Shown: positions 7,428-10,484 of the stretch, in pieces | Numbering within the stretch: the first letter of the stretch is position 1 | Layout: each line of letters starts with the position of its first letter | Source of the DNA: Promethearchaeota archaeon Loki_b32 | Lineage (GTDB): Archaea > Asgardarchaeota > Lokiarchaeia > Sigyniarchaeales > SOKP01 | Assembly (NCBI GenBank): GCA_005223125.1 | Contig: NJBH01000062.1 | Span: forward strand, 1 to 10,484 | Direction: 5' to 3' | DNA length: 10,484 bases | Made by a program: the position numbers and the translations under genes | The notes under the pieces: model-generated | Databases searched by the model: none | What the model was told of the DNA's origin: nothing | What the model saw: the letters and a program-made list of their open reading frames with translations, nothing else

Positions 7428-8060
7428 ATGGATGTTATAAAAAAAATAGAAGAATTGAAATTAATTCCTATAGTTGTTATTGAAGAAATAAAAAACGCTT
7501 TACCTCTTGGAAATGCTCTTTTGAATGCCGGACTACCAGTTATTGAAATTACTTTTAGAACCGCAGCAGCAGCAGCAGCAATTACCTCCTTGAAAAAAGA
7601 ATGGCCAGATATGCTAGTTGGTGCCGGAACGGTGCTTAAAATCGAGCATGTTGACGCTGCTATCGATGCTGGAGCTCAATTCATTGTTACTCCGGGATTT
7701 AATTCAACTATTGTCGATTATTGCATAGATAAAAAGATAACTATTGCCCCTGGATTGAACAATCCGTCCTTTATTGAATGGGGTTTAGAGCGGGGTCTTA
7801 ATTTCTTCAAATTCTTTCCTGCAGATCTTTCGGGAGGACCAACGATGCTCCAATTACTTTCAGGTCCCTATCCTATGGCTCGATTTATGCCAACAGGCGG
7901 TATCAATAATAAAACTATGATTGAATACTTAAAACTAGATAATGTTATTGCATGCGGTGGTAGTTGGATCGTAAAGAAAGATTTAATTTCGTCAGGTAAA
8001 TTCGATGAGATTACAAAACTAACAAAAGAGGCAGTTTCACTGATTAAATCTACATTTTAA
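7428..8060 (+). CDS. eda: KDPG/KHG aldolase (2-dehydro-3-deoxy-phosphogluconate / 4-hydroxy-2-oxoglutarate aldolase), bacterial class I type
   Basis: IEITFRT, VGAGTVL, AQFIVTPG, FKFFPA (Schiff-base Lys), FMPTGGI and ACGGSW. 210 aa. Confidence 0.93.
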   Translation: MDVIKKIEELKLIPIVVIEEIKNALPLGNALLNAGLPVIEITFRTAAAAAAITSLKKEWPDMLVGAGTVLKIEHVDAAIDAGAQFIVTPGFNSTIVDYCIDKKITIAPGLNNPSFIEWGLERGLNFFKFFPADLSGGPTMLQLLSGPYPMARFMPTGGINNKTMIEYLKLDNVIACGGSWIVKKDLISSGKFDEITKLTKEAVSLIKSTF

Positions 8061-8115
8061 AGTATATCTATGTCCTCCAGATAAAAAATCAAACACTTAC
8101 GCAATTTTATATTTT

Positions 8116-8256
8116 TTAAAATCTCACTTCTGTTTGATAATCCGACCAAGCAAGCATCTGGCTTCCCAGTCCCGCTATCAATAACAACGGTTTTGAAATC
8201 GGGTCCCCGATTGTCTCATATTCAATCTCTGTATTATTTACATTAGCTTTTGGTAT
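8116..8256 (-). pseudogene. Alpha/beta hydrolase N-terminal relic (start codon now ATA, truncated)
   Basis: Frame reads (I)PKANVNNTEIEYETIGDPISKPLLLIAGLGSQMLAWSD then diverges to a stop at 8118-8116. GAGG RBS about 11 nt upstream. Matches the MPKA.VN.IEIEYE..GDP...PLLLI.GLG.Q...W start of alpha/beta hydrolases. Confidence 0.8.
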
Positions 8257-8291
8257 TGTAGATCTTCCTCATTTTTATTAATAATCATATT

Positions 8292-8502
8292 CAGTATCAA
8301 AGGAAGTAGAACTCTAAATCCTCTTTAACTGAATCTTTTTCTATAAATATTTATTTCTAATTTTTATTGTTTAACTATTATTTTTTTCTATTTGCTTCCA
8401 GTAGAAATCTACCTAAAAACTTATATGAGAAAAATGGTTATATTTATGTATGATAATACAATATTTATCTCCCCTTTCAGATTTGAAAGCTGAGTTAAAA
8501 CC
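8292..8502 (+). mobile_element. Truncated left end of a second, related ISH3-type element
   Basis: Colinear ungapped with 2437-2647 at about 81% identity (about 40 mismatches in 211 bp by manual count). Begins CAGTATCAAAGGAAGTA (15/17 to the right TIR of the full element) and includes the first 18 transposase codons MIIQYLSPLSDLKAELKP. Confidence 0.9.
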
Positions 8503-8813
8503 CAACATCTTAATAAATAAGGGATCTCGAGTAGAAAACATTTGCGAAGTGGCAAGTTGATTGTGAATATCTTCTTCAATTGCATAAACATCATAATCAA
8601 ACTCGAGCTCTTTTACTTCGTCACTAACAGCTTTTTTTTGAAATATTGGTCTTTTTTGAACTCCTCCGCCCGATGGTTTTACTAAATCAGGAAAGAATTC
8701 TTTATAATACTCAAAACTATCTAATAATTCAATAATTCTTTGGGAAAGATGTTTCGCGCCTTTTTTCCTTGTTCATCTAATTTCTTCAATTTTAAGAGTC
8801 CTCTTTTACTCAT
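8503..8813 (-). pseudogene. Frameshifted, truncated 5' fragment of an unidentified gene (possibly transposase-related)
   Basis: ATG 8813 gives MSKRGLLKLKKLDEQGK. After a 1-base shift in the A6 run (8761-8766) a stop-free protein-like frame continues GAKHLSQRIIELLDSFEYYKEFFPDLVKP...LEFDYDVYAIEEDIHNQLATSQMFSTRDPLFIKMLG up to the IS junction. Confidence 0.55.
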
Positions 8814-8858
8814 AATATTAACCAAGTTAGATAATAATTTTTTATTGAAATTCTACGA

Positions 8859-9848
8859 CTAAATTGTATTGTTTTTAATAAATTCAATTAATTCATCCAC
8901 TTTTGCGTAGGCTAGACAAGTAACAGTATCTGCAGCACCATAATAGATGGCAATCCGTCCTGTTTCGGAATCCGTTAGCGCTGAACAGGGAAAAAATACA
9001 TTTGGAACATCTCCAACACATTCATATAGTTTTTGAGGAGACATCAAATAAGATTTTGTTCTATACAAAATTTTCCAAGGTTTTTCAAGATCTAATATAG
9101 CAGCTCCCATGCTGTAAACAAAACCATTGCAAGATGTTAATACTCCATGATATATCAATAACCATCCAATATTAGTTTCTATAGGGTTTGGACCTGCTCC
9201 AACTTTTGTAGATTGCCAAGTGTTAGGGATAGGTGTCATTACATGACGATGACAACCCCAATGAATCATATCAGGACTTTCACTATAAAATATATCCCCA
9301 AAGGGAGTGTGACCATTATCACTTGGACGATTTAACATTGTATATTTACTATTAATTTTCCGTGGAAAAAGGACTCCATTTCTATTGAATGGTAAATAAG
9401 CATTTTCCAACTGATAAAAATTCTCAAAATCTTCCGTATATGCTACACCAATCGTAGGTCCATGATAACCATTACACCAAGTAATATAGTATTTTTCATC
9501 TAATTTTACAAGTCGGGGATCATACCCATATTCAAAATTAGCAATCTCAATATCATCACAAATAAATTCGATTGGATTCTCATCTATTTCCCAAGAAAAT
9601 CCGTCATCACTGAATCCTCTATGTAATTTCATTATTCTACTTTTATGATCTACTCTAAAAACTCCTGCAAATTTATTCTTGTAAGGTATTGTTGCACTAT
9701 TAAAAATACTATTTGATTTTGGAATTAAATCACGGGGAATAATTGGATTTTTTGCAGATCTCCATACAACATTTTCACTATCTGGTGGACGATTTTCCCA
9801 TGGAATATTAGAAAGAGATTCTCCTATAATTTTAACGTTATCGTTCAT
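8859..9848 (-). CDS. GH130 glycoside phosphorylase (beta-1,4-mannooligosaccharide / mannosyl-GlcNAc phosphorylase-like)
   Basis: NIPWE.RP, IFNSA, GVFRVD, YGYDPR, YYITWCNGYHGPTIG, LPFNRNGVLFPRKI, RPSDNGHTPFGDIF, HGVLTSCNGFVY, YECVGDVPNV.FPC and YYGAADT: hallmark motifs of GH130 subfamily 2. GAGG RBS upstream. Confidence 0.93.
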   Translation of the reverse strand: MNDNVKIIGESLSNIPWENRPPDSENVVWRSAKNPIIPRDLIPKSNSIFNSATIPYKNKFAGVFRVDHKSRIMKLHRGFSDDGFSWEIDENPIEFICDDIEIANFEYGYDPRLVKLDEKYYITWCNGYHGPTIGVAYTEDFENFYQLENAYLPFNRNGVLFPRKINSKYTMLNRPSDNGHTPFGDIFYSESPDMIHWGCHRHVMTPIPNTWQSTKVGAGPNPIETNIGWLLIYHGVLTSCNGFVYSMGAAILDLEKPWKILYRTKSYLMSPQKLYECVGDVPNVFFPCSALTDSETGRIAIYYGAADTVTCLAYAKVDELIEFIKNNTI

Positions 9849-10097
9849 TAATTTTTATTCCTCTTCAGTATAGTTTTCTTTTTTCATAAAAAGTATTTAA
9901 TACATGTTTATAACGATGTTTATTGGCTAAAATTAACTTTTTAAGTCTAATTAAAGCCAGAGATATGTATTTCTTAGCTTTCATAATACATCATAATTTT
10001 TATTATTATGTTATAAATTTAGGTATAATTAAATAAAAAGTCTTTTTTAACCTTTTTTCATATTTAACCTTTTATTTTACCATTAAAAGCAAAAGAA

Positions 10098-10274
10098 ATT
10101 TTTGATAATTTGAAAATTAAGAGATTTGTCCCAAGTTTTAAAGCAACCATTCCTTTTTATGAGGGAATAAAGAAAGAATTATCTTGGTTTGATGAAGATG
10201 ATAGTAGAAAATGGATTGATAATGAAGTAAATAAAAAATTTGATAATATAATAGAAGCATATGAGAAAAAATAA
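10098..10274 (+). pseudogene. C-terminal relic of an NAD-dependent epimerase/dehydratase (extended SDR)
   Basis: Frame reads IFDNLKIKRFVPSFKATIPFYEGIKKELSWFDED...IIEAYEKK*, matching the FDNSKIKRFVP.F.ATIPF.EGI...L.WF C-terminus. An upstream in-frame TAA lies at 10065 with no start between it and the homologous segment. Confidence 0.72.
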
Positions 10275-10351
10275 TTAAAACTCAATTTATATCACTTATC
10301 TTTCTTATTTTTTTTCTTTAATGTCAAACCCCACTCACTCGACAAAATAGA

Positions 10352-10484
10352 TTAGGTCCCCTCTAGTTGAGTCAGATTATCTTTAAATTGGGTGAAGTTT
10401 CCCGTGTCTTTATCTCTAATTCTCCACGTGCGCCTTACTGTTGCGTACTGAGCGTTAAACTCTTTCCTTTGGGCTTCAATAAGT
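10352..10484 (-). CDS. 3' end of a gene entering from beyond the window, possibly an IS transposase
   Basis: Open frame LIEAQRKEFNAQYATVRRTWRIRDKDTGNFTQFKDNLTQLEGT* (stop 10354-10352). GC is higher than the flank, with an abrupt boundary at about 10322 (TGTCAAACCCC). Confidence 0.4.
   Translation of the reverse strand, partial: LIEAQRKEFNAQYATVRRTWRIRDKDTGNFTQFKDNLTQLEGT

Noticed and set aside
7563-7580. (GCA)6 trinucleotide repeat in eda encoding poly-Ala
   Set aside because: It falls in the normally Ala-rich RT.AA..AI helix with no apparent length change, and in-frame repeats would not switch phase.
2437-8502. Composite transposon carrying the five-gene operon between two direct ISH3 copies
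   Set aside because: The copies are only about 81% identical. The left element has its own perfect TSD on both sides, so it inserted alone. It also separates the operon from its likely partner kinase. Independent insertions fit better.
1-10484. CRISPR array, tRNA/rRNA or structured ncRNA
   Set aside because: No regularly spaced repeats or recognisable RNA folds seen. Intergenic space is explained by IS ends, gene relics and AT-rich promoter DNA.

Overview
AT-rich window, probably archaeal and Asgard/Lokiarchaeia-like. This is inferred from GGTGA/GGAG ribosome-binding sites, an ISH3-type IS and the style of the gene relics; no marker gene proves it. It holds an intact but apparently uncharacterised carbohydrate-catabolism locus. 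A 5-gene plus-strand operon encodes a divergent shikimate-dehydrogenase-fold oxidoreductase, a cupin-type phosphosugar isomerase, a D-2-hydroxyacid dehydrogenase, an UlaG-like metallo-beta-lactamase-fold hydrolase and an Eda-type KDPG/KHG aldolase. It is transcribed divergently from an FGGY sugar kinase and an aldo/keto reductase, and a GH130 mannoside phosphorylase lies nearby. A complete 1532-bp ISH3-type element (imperfect TIRs, 6-bp ATATGA target duplication) sits in the divergent intergenic region. A diverged, truncated left end of a related element lies at 8292-8502. Many gene relics that the ORF track misses or reports only in part surround the locus: an IS1634-like transposase, a URO-D-family N-terminus, an alpha/beta hydrolase N-terminus, an epimerase C-terminus and unidentified fragments.
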